Under the pieces are notes generated by a model. That model worked only from the letters and a program-made list of their open reading frames with translations, had not been told where the DNA came from and searched no databases. Shown here in pieces: positions 52,788 through 62,097 of a DNA stretch of 64,000 nucleotides. The stretch lies in contig CAWEXX010000003.1 of the NCBI GenBank assembly GCA_963813145.1, positions 712,026 to 776,025 of the forward strand. The letters are read 5' to 3'. The stretch's first letter is position 1, and every line of letters starts with the position of its first letter. Made by a program: the position numbers and the translations under genes. This stretch comes from Bryobacterales bacterium. Lineage in GTDB: Bacteria; Acidobacteriota; Terriglobia; Bryobacterales; Bryobacteraceae.

Positions 52788-52855
52788 TGTCCCCTCCATG
52801 ACTGTCGGGGTTCGGTGTGGAGCCTCTACCGAACCCCAACAGTCATGGAGGGGTC
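52788..52855. repeat. Family-D element, full inverted pair
   Basis: GTGTCCCCTCCATGACTGTCGGGGTTCGGT..ACCGAACCCCAACAGTCATGGAGGGGTC. Confidence 0.85.
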
Positions 52856-52865
52856 TATGGCGATG

Positions 52866-54354
52866 GTACGGACCGGGGACATGGGTGACACTTTAGTCCG
52901 GGGACATGGGTGACAGTTCATTGACGATGGGTGGATCAGGTCGACCTTAGCAAAGCACGCCAAGGTGGTAGGCGATGCCATGGAAGGAAGACGGAACAAT
53001 GGAACAACGAGTCGAACTGATTCGGTTACACGACGAAGGAGAAAGTATTGTCTGGCTCGCCGAAAGCTACGGGGTGTCGCGCAAGACGATCTACAAGTGG
53101 CTGGATCGTCATCAGGTGGAAGGGAGCGGCGGGTTGCGGGATCGGAGCCGCGCTCCGCACCGGAGCCCGCAGCGGCTGAGCGAAGAGATGATTGCGCGGA
53201 TCGTCGAGTCGCGGCTGCGCTGGGGCTGGGGACCGCGCAAGCTGGCGGTGAAACTGGCGCAGGCGGTGCCCGATCAGAAGGTCCCGGCGGCGAGCACCAT
53301 CGCGGAGTTGCTGCGCAGCAAAGGGCTGAGTCATCCGCGGAGGCGTCGCGTGCGGACGCCGCTGTACGGGCCGCCCATCGCCGCCGTGGCCCAGGCCAAT
53401 GAGACCTGGTGCGCCGATTTCAAGGGATGGTTCCTGACCGCCGACGGCACGCGCTGCGATCCGCTGACCATCACCGACGCGCACAGCCGCTATTTGCTGT
53501 GCTGCCAGATCGCGGCCAAGACCGATCGGGCGCATGTGGAGGCGCTGTTCGACATAGCGTTTCGTGAATATGGAATGCCCGCCGTGATTCACACCGATAA
53601 CGGCGCGCCCTTTGCCAGCCGGGCTCCGGGAGGCCTCAGCCGGTTGTCCATGCGCTGGGTCCGGTTAGGAATCGTCGCCCAACGAAGCCGTCCCGCATCG
53701 CCGCAGGACAACGGCCGGCATGAGCGCATGCATCGCACACTCAAGCAGGAAACGCTACGCCCGCCGGAGCGTAATCCGCGTCGGCAACAGGACGCGTTTC
53801 ATGCTTGGCAGAAAATCTATAACCACGAGCGGCCGCATGAATCGCTCGACTATCGGACGCCGGCGAGTTGCTACGCGCGCTCCCTGCGGGCGTTTCCGCG
53901 GCGCGTGCCGGAGGTGGAATACGACGCCGACGTCCACGTGCGGCGGATCTCACAAAAGGGCGAGATGCGATGGAACGGCCAGCGCACGTTTGTCAGCGAG
54001 ACTTTCGCGTATGAATATCTCGGGCTGCGGGCGAGTGACGATCGCTACTACGAAGTGTTGTACGGCCCGCTGGTGATCGGCTGGTTCGACACCTTCCGCC
54101 CCCGCTTTCATCGGCAGTTGCCGCGTCAGCTGCGGACCCAACAGGCCTGAGGAAATGACGGGCGGTGGAAAGCGTGGAAATCCAAACAGCGGATTTCCAC
54201 TCTTCCCACCGCCCTTGGAAATCGCCACGGCGATTCCCACATTCCCACAGGCCCGACGATCCTGTTTATACTCACCAAAGGCGACCAAACACCTCTCCGA
54301 AAAGTGTCACCCATGTCGCCGGGCTAAAGTGTTACCTATGTCCCCGGCCGTACA
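52866..54354 (+). mobile_element. IS481-family-like insertion sequence, apparently intact
   Basis: ~48-bp terminal inverted repeats: left GTACGGACCGGGGACATGGGTGACACTTTAG.., and the reverse complement of the right end GTACGGCCGGGGACATAGGTAACACTTTAG... Each end carries two copies of GGGGACATGGGTGACA. Flanked by a direct GCGATG (52860-52865 and 54355-54360). Internal hairpin at 54159-54214. Confidence 0.8.
52975..54150 (+). CDS. DDE transposase (HTH + rve integrase core)
   Basis: 391-aa ORF (alternative start 52999). N-terminal HTH ESYGVSRKTIYKWL, plus WCADFKG, IHTDNGAPFAS and PQDNGRHERMHRTLK. Confidence 0.85.
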   Translation: MPWKEDGTMEQRVELIRLHDEGESIVWLAESYGVSRKTIYKWLDRHQVEGSGGLRDRSRAPHRSPQRLSEEMIARIVESRLRWGWGPRKLAVKLAQAVPDQKVPAASTIAELLRSKGLSHPRRRRVRTPLYGPPIAAVAQANETWCADFKGWFLTADGTRCDPLTITDAHSRYLLCCQIAAKTDRAHVEALFDIAFREYGMPAVIHTDNGAPFASRAPGGLSRLSMRWVRLGIVAQRSRPASPQDNGRHERMHRTLKQETLRPPERNPRRQQDAFHAWQKIYNHERPHESLDYRTPASCYARSLRAFPRRVPEVEYDADVHVRRISQKGEMRWNGQRTFVSETFAYEYLGLRASDDRYYEVLYGPLVIGWFDTFRPRFHRQLPRQLRTQQA

Positions 54355-54485
54355 GCGATGAGTTGGCCGCGACAGGCGCGCCAGAAGCGCCACTTCGACA
54401 AGGCTTGGCGTGTGCCAACCCGCAAAACTCTCTCAATCAGGGCTAATTTCGCGAAGGGGGCAGAGCAGTCTGCTGGAGGGAGGGC

Positions 54486-54533
54486 AAAAAAGAGAAGCGC
54501 GCGTACCACCTCCGATGGGTAGACACGCGCGCT
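54486..54533 (-). terminator. Rho-independent terminator
   Basis: On the minus strand, AGCGCGCGT..ACGCGCGCT hairpin followed by TTCTCTTTTTT, 35 nt downstream of the 54568 stop. Confidence 0.7.
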
Positions 54534-54567
54534 GCTCCTATGGAGCTGTCAGTTTGTCTGTCTGCGC

Positions 54568-55461
54568 TTAGCGACGCGCCACGTTGACTTTGGGTGTCGC
54601 CAGATAACCGACCACTCCGTCCTTTTTCACTTCATTCACCACGATCTCATACGGCTGCTTGCTGTTGGCCATGTATAGCTGCACTGGCTCGTTGATGGTT
54701 CTGTCTCTCTTTTCCACCGTTTTATCGTCCGCGAGAACCGCGATCGTGTAGCGATTCCGCTTGGGGTCGGACTTCTTCAGCGTCAGCGTCAGAGTGCCGA
54801 CCTTCTTGGTCATCGCGCCTTTTTCGAGATCGAACTCGATGTAGTTGCGGTCGCCAAGTTCACGCAGCGATTGCAGATCCTTCGCGTTGGTGGCGATCAG
54901 GCCGCTCATTACGCCCATATCGCCCACGGCGCGCTTCAGATCGGCGCCGGTCTTGTCCAAATCGGTTCGTGTGGCGGTGAGATCGGTGCGTACCGAGCCC
55001 ACATCGGTCTTCACGCCGGTGACGTCTTCATTCAGCTTGCTGGTGGCGCTGGTGGTGGCTTCCTTCAACTGCCCGAGCTCTTCGCCAACCGCCTTCTGCT
55101 GCTCGGCGAGCTTGTCTGATAGCTGAGCGCTGGCGCGCTGCGCGTCGATACGGGCCTTCTTCAGAGCCGAACTGGCAGTGTCGTACTTCCCACTGACGTC
55201 GTCGTTCAACGCCTGCAGTTGCTGGCGCTGCTGCTCCAATAGATTCGTGGTCGATTCGTTGAATCGAGCCAACTGAGCCTGGGCATCCTGCTTGGTCTGC
55301 GAGATCTGGTCGTTCAGATTATTGGAACGGCTGATCAGATACGCATCCCCGGCAAGGGCGATCACCAGACCCGCGGCTAACCCCGCGAAGACTCCGGCAT
55401 GACTGCTGCCGCTTACCTTCTGAGTAACATTCGGATTCGGATTCTCTTCGATGTTGGACAT
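54568..55461 (-). CDS. Membrane-anchored coiled-coil protein, hypothetical
   Basis: 297-aa ORF with one N-terminal TM helix, ~170 aa of Q/L/T/D-rich coiled coil and a beta-rich C-terminal domain. Confidence 0.6.
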   Translation of the reverse strand: MSNIEENPNPNVTQKVSGSSHAGVFAGLAAGLVIALAGDAYLISRSNNLNDQISQTKQDAQAQLARFNESTTNLLEQQRQQLQALNDDVSGKYDTASSALKKARIDAQRASAQLSDKLAEQQKAVGEELGQLKEATTSATSKLNEDVTGVKTDVGSVRTDLTATRTDLDKTGADLKRAVGDMGVMSGLIATNAKDLQSLRELGDRNYIEFDLEKGAMTKKVGTLTLTLKKSDPKRNRYTIAVLADDKTVEKRDRTINEPVQLYMANSKQPYEIVVNEVKKDGVVGYLATPKVNVARR

Positions 55462-55660
55462 TTACTTGCGTCTCCCGATCCCTTCGATTGCAAGGCCAAT
55501 ACCAATTGCTATGTGATTGATTTGAAGGGTAGTTTGCCAATTATAATCGGGTACTTTTTACCGAGTCGGGAAGGCTTACCATTGGAATATAAGAACTTAT
55601 GAAATAGTACTCACCTTAGGATCTCTTGTGAATACGCCCCTCCAGGGGCTATCCTGAAAG

Positions 55661-56044
55661 TTGGATCCCTACCGCCATGAACGCGTCTCCGAGAGCATCC
55701 GGGAGGAGCTCGACGAACTGATTGCGTATGAGATGTCGGACCCACGGGTGGGCAGCGCCACGGTGACGGAAGTCCTTATTTCTCCGGACTATAGGAAGGC
55801 TGTCATCCGGCTGGCTTTGATTGGGACGGCGGAGGAGCAGGCGGCTACGCTCGATGCTCTGAATCATGCTAAACAGTTCTTACGGCACGAGTTAACGGAA
55901 CGGCTCCAACTGTTCAAGACGCCCGAGCTGCACTTTGAAGCGGCGCTAGCGGCGGATTTGGCGGCCAAAGCCGCGAAAATTCTGAAGCGGATCGAGCGCG
56001 GGCGCCCGAAAGATAGCGGCTCCAAAAAAAATCCGGTTTCATGA
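55661..56044 (+). CDS. rbfA: Ribosome-binding factor A
   Basis: 127-aa ORF with a TTG start. RHERVSESIREELDELI..MSDPRVGSATVTEV..SPDYRKAVI. Confidence 0.85.
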   Translation: MDPYRHERVSESIREELDELIAYEMSDPRVGSATVTEVLISPDYRKAVIRLALIGTAEEQAATLDALNHAKQFLRHELTERLQLFKTPELHFEAALAADLAAKAAKILKRIERGRPKDSGSKKNPVS

Positions 56045-57027
56045 AGGTCGCTGTGCTAACTTTGTTGATAGGGCAGCCGTTTTTGTCCTACGCTGAGGCT
56101 CCGCAAGGTGCGCTTTCTCAGCGAGTTGAGGCCAATATCGACGCCATGGGCTCCACCTATTCGGTGGTGGTTTATGGCAGCGATGAGGCAAGGTTGCGGG
56201 CGGCCGTGGAGGACGCTTCGGAAGAGGCGCGGCGGCTGGACCAGCTACTTTCCAACTACATTCCGGCGAGCGAATGGAGCCAGGTGAACCGCGAGGCTTC
56301 GAGCAAGCCGGTTCGTATTTCGATGGAGTTGTTTCAATTACTTGCAGCGTGTGTCGGGTATAGCCGGGAAAGCGACGGAGCATTCGACATTACGGTGGGT
56401 CCGCTCATGCGGGTATGGGGGTTCTATAAAGGATCCGGCCATCTGCCGCACCGGGCGGAGGTTCGCGGGGCGATGGCGCACGTGGGGTATCAGAACATCG
56501 TGCTGGACGCGGCGAACCACACGGTGCGGTTCGCGAAAGAAGGGGTCGAGATCGACCCAGGTGGAATTGGCAAGGGCTACGCGGTGGACAAAATGGTGGC
56601 GATCTTAAAAGAGGACGGGGTGACGTCGGCGCTGGTATCGGCGAGCGGCAGCAGCATCTACGGACTCGGCGCGCCTCCCAACGAGCCTGGATGGAAGATC
56701 AAGATCCGCGATCCGAAGGATGCATCGAAAGCCGCGGCCGAGGTGGTGCTGCGCGACATGTCGTTGTCCACTTCGGGCAATTACGAAAAGTTTTTTTTCG
56801 CCGAGGGCAAGCTGTACAGCCACATCATGGATCCGCGCACGGGTTATCCGAGCGAAGGGATGCTGTCGGTGTCGGTAGTTTCGCCTAAGACGATCGATAG
56901 CGAAGCCTGGTGCAAGCCGTACTATATTCGCGGCCGCGCGTGGGCGGCGCAACACAAAAAACCGGAATTCAAGGTCTTCCTTTGTGAAGACAAAATGGGG
57001 AGTGACAAATGCGCGTGGCTCCAATGA
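56041..57027 (+). CDS. apbE: FAD:protein FMN transferase ApbE
   Basis: 328-aa ORF with a signal peptide. MGSTYSVVVYG, FDITVGPLMRVWGF, IDPGGIGKGYAVD and TSGNYEKFF..G..YSHIMDPRTG. Confidence 0.9.
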   Translation: MKVAVLTLLIGQPFLSYAEAPQGALSQRVEANIDAMGSTYSVVVYGSDEARLRAAVEDASEEARRLDQLLSNYIPASEWSQVNREASSKPVRISMELFQLLAACVGYSRESDGAFDITVGPLMRVWGFYKGSGHLPHRAEVRGAMAHVGYQNIVLDAANHTVRFAKEGVEIDPGGIGKGYAVDKMVAILKEDGVTSALVSASGSSIYGLGAPPNEPGWKIKIRDPKDASKAAAEVVLRDMSLSTSGNYEKFFFAEGKLYSHIMDPRTGYPSEGMLSVSVVSPKTIDSEAWCKPYYIRGRAWAAQHKKPEFKVFLCEDKMGSDKCAWLQ

Positions 57028-58047
57028 ACAGCCGCTTTCTCGATGCCTGCCGGCGCCGGCCGACCGACGTTCGCCCGGTGTGGTTCATGAGGCAGGCCGG
57101 ACGGTACATGAAGCCGTACCGCGACATCCGGCAGAAGTTCGGGATTCTGGAGATCTGCAAGCGGCCCGATCTGGCGGCCGAGGTGACGCTGCAGCCGGTG
57201 GAGATTCTGGACGTCGACGCGGCGATCATTTTTGCCGACCTGCTGCTGCCCGTTGAGCCGATGGGTCTGCGGCTGCGGTTTGCGGCGGGCGAGGGGCCGG
57301 TGATCGACAACCCGGTGCGGACGTCGAGCGACATCGACAGCCTTTCGATCTCGAATACCGATGAACTGGGATATGTCGGCGAGTCGATTCAACAGGTGGT
57401 GAAAGCGCTGGCCGGACGCGTGCCGGTGATCGGATTCGTCGGCGCTCCGTTCACCATGGCGAGCTACATGATTGAAGGCGGGCCTTCGCGGACGTTCCTC
57501 AAGACCAAGCAGATGATGTATCGCGACGAAACACTGTGGCGGCGGCTGATGGGCAAGCTGGTGGACGTGCTCGGGTCGTTCGCGGTGCTGCAAGTGGCGG
57601 CGGGGGCGCGGATTATCCAGGTGTTCGATAGCTGGGTGGGCGCGCTGGGTCCGGACGATTATGTTCGCTATGTGGCTCCGTACTCGCGCGCGCTGATTGA
57701 GACGGATTCGCGCGGCCAGCGTTCCGGTGATTCACTTCGGCACAGGCGCGGCGGGATTTTTCCGCGAATTACATGCTGCCGGCGGCGACGTGATGGGGGT
57801 CGACTGGCGCATCAATATCGACCAGGCGTGGATGGACATCAGCTACCGGTCGGCGGTGCAGGGAAATCTGGATCCGGCGGTGCTGATGGCTCCGATACCG
57901 GAGCTGCGGGCGCGGGTGCATGAGTTGCTGAAGCGGACGGGGTCGAGGCCGGGGCATATTTTCAATCTGGGGCATGGGATTTTGCCGGAGACTCCGGTGG
58001 AGAATGTGAAGGCGTGCGTGGAGATTGTGCGGGAGTTTAAGCTGTAG
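57024..58047 (+). pseudogene. hemE: Uroporphyrinogen decarboxylase HemE, interrupted by a +1 frameshift near 57698-57706
   Basis: The N-terminal 225 codons are in frame A (RPVWFMRQAGRYM...APYSRALIE) and the C-terminal part is in frame A+1 (IRAASVPVIHFGTGAAG...GHIFNLGHGI). The span is 1024 nt, which is 341 codons plus 1 nt. Confidence 0.8.
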
Positions 58048-58143
58048 GACACGCCGGCTGAAGCCGACGCTGCAAGCTGAAGCTCGCGCCACACGGATGA
58101 CCGCTCCCGATGGTCGCGGTTCTGAAGAAGCAACTGTGTCATT

Positions 58144-59505
58144 GTGTCGAGAGGGAACTTGTCACAGCACGTCGTCATTGTCGGCGGCGGGATCTCCGGC
58201 CTTTCGGCCGCTTATGATCTTGCTCGGGCAGGGATTTCGCACACGCTGTTCGAAAAGCTGCCACGGCTGGGCGGGGTCATCGAGACAAAATCCGAAGACG
58301 GGTGCCTGCTCGAGTGCGGACCGGACAGTTTCCTGAACGCGAAACCCGAGGCCACCGCGCTGATCAAGGAGCTGGGCCTCGAAGGCGAGCTGATTGGATC
58401 GAACGATCAGCAGCGAACTACGTACATCTTAAAGAACGGCAAACTGGTGCGGCTGCCGGATGGCGTCATGATGATCGTGCCCAGCAAAGTAATGCCGTTG
58501 GTACAGTCTCCGCTGCTGAGCTGGGGAACGAAAGTCCGCATGGGGTTTGAATTGATGCGGCGGCCCCGGCGGTATCCGGACCGCAGCGTGGCGGAGTTCG
58601 TGATCGATCATTTTGGGCAGGAAACGCTGGATTACCTGGCTGAGCCTCTGCTTTCGGGCGTGTATGGAGGCGATCCGCGGGAGATGAGCGCGAACAGCGT
58701 GCTGCCGCGCTTCGTCGAGATGGAAGCCACCAAAGGAAGTCTGGGACGCGCAGTGATGGGCGGCACACGTCCGTCATCGGGGGGATCGCTGTTTAGGACG
58801 CTGGCTAGCGGACTCGGAACGATGGTGGAAACGCTGGCGACCTATGCGAATATCCGGCACGTTGAGATTGAAGCGATCGAGAGCACTGGCGATGGATTCC
58901 GGGTGCGCGCCGGCGGGGAATGGCTGGATGCGAGCAACGTGATCGTCGCGACCCCGGCGCATGTGGCTTCGCAACTGCTCTCCGGAGTCGATGGAGATTT
59001 GGGCCGGCTGCTCGGTGCGATTCCCTACAGTTCCTCGGTCATCGTTTCGATGATTTTCGAGGCGGCCCAGTTCGACGGCCTGCACGCAGGGTTCGGATTC
59101 CTGGTCCCGAAGCGGGAGCGCGACCGGATGGCGGCCTGCACTTTCGTGGCGACTAAATTTCCGCATCGCGCGCCGGACGACAAGATTCTGCTGCGCTGCT
59201 TTTTCGGAGGCCGGAGCGACGAGGCGATTCTGAGCGAATCCGACGAATCTCTGATCACGATCGCGCGGGAAGAATTACGGCGGATTCTGGGGCTGACGGC
59301 GGCTCCGGTATTCACGAACATTTCGCGCTGGCCGCGGTCGATGGCGCAGTATACGGTGGGCCACGGCGCGCGGGTGGCGGAGATCAAACAGAGGGCAGCG
59401 GCGATCCCCGGGCTTCAACTGGCCGGTAATGCGTATGATGGGATCGGGATTCCGGATTGCGTGCGTGCGGGACGGCAGGCTGCGTCCGCGATCCCGCGTG
59501 TATGA
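58144..59505 (+). CDS. hemY: Protoporphyrinogen/coproporphyrinogen oxidase (HemY-type, FAD)
   Basis: 453-aa ORF with a GTG start. VVIVGGGISGLSAAYDL..FEK..RLGG. Confidence 0.88.
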   Translation: MSRGNLSQHVVIVGGGISGLSAAYDLARAGISHTLFEKLPRLGGVIETKSEDGCLLECGPDSFLNAKPEATALIKELGLEGELIGSNDQQRTTYILKNGKLVRLPDGVMMIVPSKVMPLVQSPLLSWGTKVRMGFELMRRPRRYPDRSVAEFVIDHFGQETLDYLAEPLLSGVYGGDPREMSANSVLPRFVEMEATKGSLGRAVMGGTRPSSGGSLFRTLASGLGTMVETLATYANIRHVEIEAIESTGDGFRVRAGGEWLDASNVIVATPAHVASQLLSGVDGDLGRLLGAIPYSSSVIVSMIFEAAQFDGLHAGFGFLVPKRERDRMAACTFVATKFPHRAPDDKILLRCFFGGRSDEAILSESDESLITIAREELRRILGLTAAPVFTNISRWPRSMAQYTVGHGARVAEIKQRAAAIPGLQLAGNAYDGIGIPDCVRAGRQAASAIPRV

Positions 59506-60614
59506 AAATTCTGGTCAGCGACGATCAGGTGGACGTTCTCGAAGCGATCCGCCTCCTGTTGAAGGGCGCAGGGCATCAGACGGAGACGGTGGATTCGCCG
59601 CGGGCGGCGCTGGAAGTGGCGCAAGGATCCTTCGACCTGGTGCTGATGGACATGAATTATTCGCGCGACACGACGTCGGGCGATGAGGGGCTGGCGCTGC
59701 TCGACGCGCTGCTCGCGCGGGACGGCGGAGTGCCGGTGGTGGTGATGACCGCGTGGTCGAGCGTCGACCTGGCGGTGGAGGCGATGCGGCGCGGGGCGGT
59801 CGACTTTATCCAGAAGCCGTGGGACAACGCGCGGCTGCTGGCGACCATCGAGAAGCAGGCCAATCGGTCGAAGGAACGCAAAAAGGTCCGGAGCGAGCTG
59901 GAGATCGCCAGGCATGTCCAGCAGAGGCTGCTGCCGCAGCATGCGCAGGCTCTGAAGACGGTCGCGTTCGGGGGGCGCTGTCTGCCGGCTCGGGAAATCG
60001 GCGGGGATTATTACGATTTTCTGGACCTGGGGCCGGGACGGTTGGGGGTGCTGCTGGCCGACGTATCCGGCAAAGGAGTGGCGGCGGCGCTGCTGACCGC
60101 GAACTTGCAGGCGTCGTTCCGCAGCCAGTTGGAACTGGGCATGAAGCTTCCCAAGGCGCTGCTGGCGTCGGTGAACAAGCTGTTTCACGAGTCGACTCCG
60201 GCGGAATATTTCGCGACCATGTTTTTCGCCGAGTATCGGGATCAGACGCGGGAGCTGCGCTACATCAACTGCGGGCATCCGGCGGCGCTGCTGGTTCGCG
60301 CGGGGGGCAAAGTGGAGCAACTGGAGGCGACAGCGCTGCCGATCGGGATCTTCACTGCGTGGTCGTGCGAGGAAAAAACGGTGACGCTGGCGCCGGGGGA
60401 CCTGCTCGTCGCGTTTTCGGATGGAGTGCTGGAAGCCGGGGTCGAACGGGGCGAGGAGTTCGGTGAAAAGCGCCTGATCGAGGCTCTGCATGCTGCGCGG
60501 ACGTCGGAGTTAGAGGCGCTGCTGGACGCGGTGATCGGCGAGGTGCTGCGGTTCAGTCCCGATGTGCAGTCGGACGACGTGACGCTGGTGGGACTGCGGG
60601 CGATCGGACGATGA
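59502..60614 (+). CDS. Response regulator fused to a PP2C/SpoIIE phosphatase (RsbU-like)
   Basis: ORF 59457..60614 trimmed to ATG 59502 (ATGA overlap with the hemY stop). Receiver KILVSDDQ..LVLMDMNY..K. PP2C GGDYYDF..LADVSGKG. Confidence 0.85.
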   Translation: MKILVSDDQVDVLEAIRLLLKGAGHQTETVDSPRAALEVAQGSFDLVLMDMNYSRDTTSGDEGLALLDALLARDGGVPVVVMTAWSSVDLAVEAMRRGAVDFIQKPWDNARLLATIEKQANRSKERKKVRSELEIARHVQQRLLPQHAQALKTVAFGGRCLPAREIGGDYYDFLDLGPGRLGVLLADVSGKGVAAALLTANLQASFRSQLELGMKLPKALLASVNKLFHESTPAEYFATMFFAEYRDQTRELRYINCGHPAALLVRAGGKVEQLEATALPIGIFTAWSCEEKTVTLAPGDLLVAFSDGVLEAGVERGEEFGEKRLIEALHAARTSELEALLDAVIGEVLRFSPDVQSDDVTLVGLRAIGR

Positions 60615-60661
60615 CCATGGTCTACCAGCGGTGGTAGCGGCTGCGGCTCGGTTAGCGCAAA

Positions 60662-61291
60662 GTGAGATCCTTGGATGTGACGCCCATCGAACAGGACCTA
60701 TCCCATCGCATTCAAGCCTTAGAAAAGGAGCTCCGCACAGCCCTCGCGGAAAAGGAGCGTGAGTTTGAGTATCACTGGGCGCACGGGAAGGCTCGCTTCG
60801 AAGCAGCGGTTCTTTCCCGGCACAGCAGTCTCAAACTTGGCCTTCCGGCATACCTCTTGCAATCCCGCTTCCTGGCGTTTGTGACCGCGCCCTTCATCTA
60901 TACGGGCATCGTTCCGTTCTGCCTGCTGGATCTTTTCCTGGCCATCTTCCAGGGCATCTGCTTCCCTGTTTACGGGGTTCCTAAAGTTAGGCGGGGCGAC
61001 TATATCATCTTCGATCGAGCCCGCCTCAAGTATCTGAATCTTCTCGAACGCCTCAATTGCGCATACTGCTCTTACGGGAACGGCCTGTTCGCCTATGCGG
61101 CGGAAGTGGCGGCTCGAACGGAACAGCACTGGTGCCCCATCAAACATGCTGCCCGCCTCCGCGCGCCCCATTCGCGCTATGGCCATTTCTTCGATTATGG
61201 CGATGCCCAGCAGTACAGCCAGCAAGTAGAAAAGGTGCGCAACGATTTCGTGGATTTGCGGACTTTGACCTCGAGGCCTCCCGGCAAATAG
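60662..61291 (+). CDS. Hypothetical membrane protein with Cys/His cluster
   Basis: 209-aa ORF with a GTG start. Coiled-coil N-terminus, 2 TM helices, then CAYCSYGN..HWCPIKH. Confidence 0.5.
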   Translation: MRSLDVTPIEQDLSHRIQALEKELRTALAEKEREFEYHWAHGKARFEAAVLSRHSSLKLGLPAYLLQSRFLAFVTAPFIYTGIVPFCLLDLFLAIFQGICFPVYGVPKVRRGDYIIFDRARLKYLNLLERLNCAYCSYGNGLFAYAAEVAARTEQHWCPIKHAARLRAPHSRYGHFFDYGDAQQYSQQVEKVRNDFVDLRTLTSRPPGK

Positions 61292-61957
61292 CTATTTCTC
61301 CAGCCAGGCATCCATCCCGATTTCGTTGCTTTGCACCTCGGACCTTGTGAAGCCGATCCCTGCCAGCATGCTTTCGAGCTCGGGCTTCGTGTAGGCTCGC
61401 TTCAGAAGCATGAAGCGGAACGTCATCGCGGTGAACAACTGGTTAACGGTGCTCAGATGTAAACCGTCCACGTAGCGCTTGATCTCGGTCATGGGAACAT
61501 CGCGCCGCAGGTCGATAATCAGGCCTCTGCCGCCGGGCCGCAGGACGCGATGCATCTCGCGCAGGGCTTTTTCGGGCTCCGAGAAATTCTTGAACGCCGC
61601 GCGGCAGACGAGAAGATCGAAACTGGAATCGGCGAAGGGCATCTGCGAAGCATTGCCTTGGCGAAACTCCACCGGTACGTTTTCCTCGGCCGCATTTTTC
61701 TCCGCGATTTGAACGAAAGTTTTGCTGATATCGAGGCCAGTGACCCTGAACTTGGGGTCGCGTGCCAGCTCGATCGCCAGGAATCCGGGGCCGGGAGCGA
61801 CTTCGAGGACGTCGCCTCCTTCGGGCAGGCGGGTTTTCAGTAATGCGGCGACTCGGCGGAATTCGTCGAGATCCTTGCGAGTGTTTTTCTCATACCAACG
61901 GGCGACGGATCCCTCCATGCCCATTCCCTTGTATCCTTTTTGCGCGGCTGCGGTCAT
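61292..61957 (-). CDS. Class I SAM-dependent methyltransferase
   Basis: ORF 61292..62074 trimmed to ATG 61957. Motif I VLEVAPGPG and post-I GLDIS. Confidence 0.8.
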   Translation of the reverse strand: MTAAAQKGYKGMGMEGSVARWYEKNTRKDLDEFRRVAALLKTRLPEGGDVLEVAPGPGFLAIELARDPKFRVTGLDISKTFVQIAEKNAAEENVPVEFRQGNASQMPFADSSFDLLVCRAAFKNFSEPEKALREMHRVLRPGGRGLIIDLRRDVPMTEIKRYVDGLHLSTVNQLFTAMTFRFMLLKRAYTKPELESMLAGIGFTRSEVQSNEIGMDAWLEK

Positions 61958-62097
61958 GTGGCGCCTCCTCAATCCCGTTGTAGCGCTCAAAGGTCGGAGA
62001 GGAGTGAGAAACTCGGCGAATAACCGGAAATGCGGGGTGAATGGCGTCCATTCACACGGATGTCCTTTATACATTACACTGTTCTTATTAACGAGAC

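Noticed and set aside
52965-53402. 145-aa alternative-frame ORF at the start of the IS
   Set aside because: It overlaps the transposase HTH region out of frame and is Arg/Ala-rich. No frameshift signal (A6G-type slippery site) was seen that would suggest an IS3-like two-ORF arrangement.
57697-57923. Frame-A read-through of hemE (ORF 57009..57923) as the true C-terminus
   Set aside because: After ..YSRALIE the frame-A translation (TDSRGQRSGDSLRHRRGG...) loses all HemE similarity, while the +1 frame restores it through to the conserved NLGHGI motif.
59415-60491. 358-aa ORF on the minus strand
   Set aside because: Antisense to the response regulator-PP2C gene. Arg/Gln/Pro-rich.
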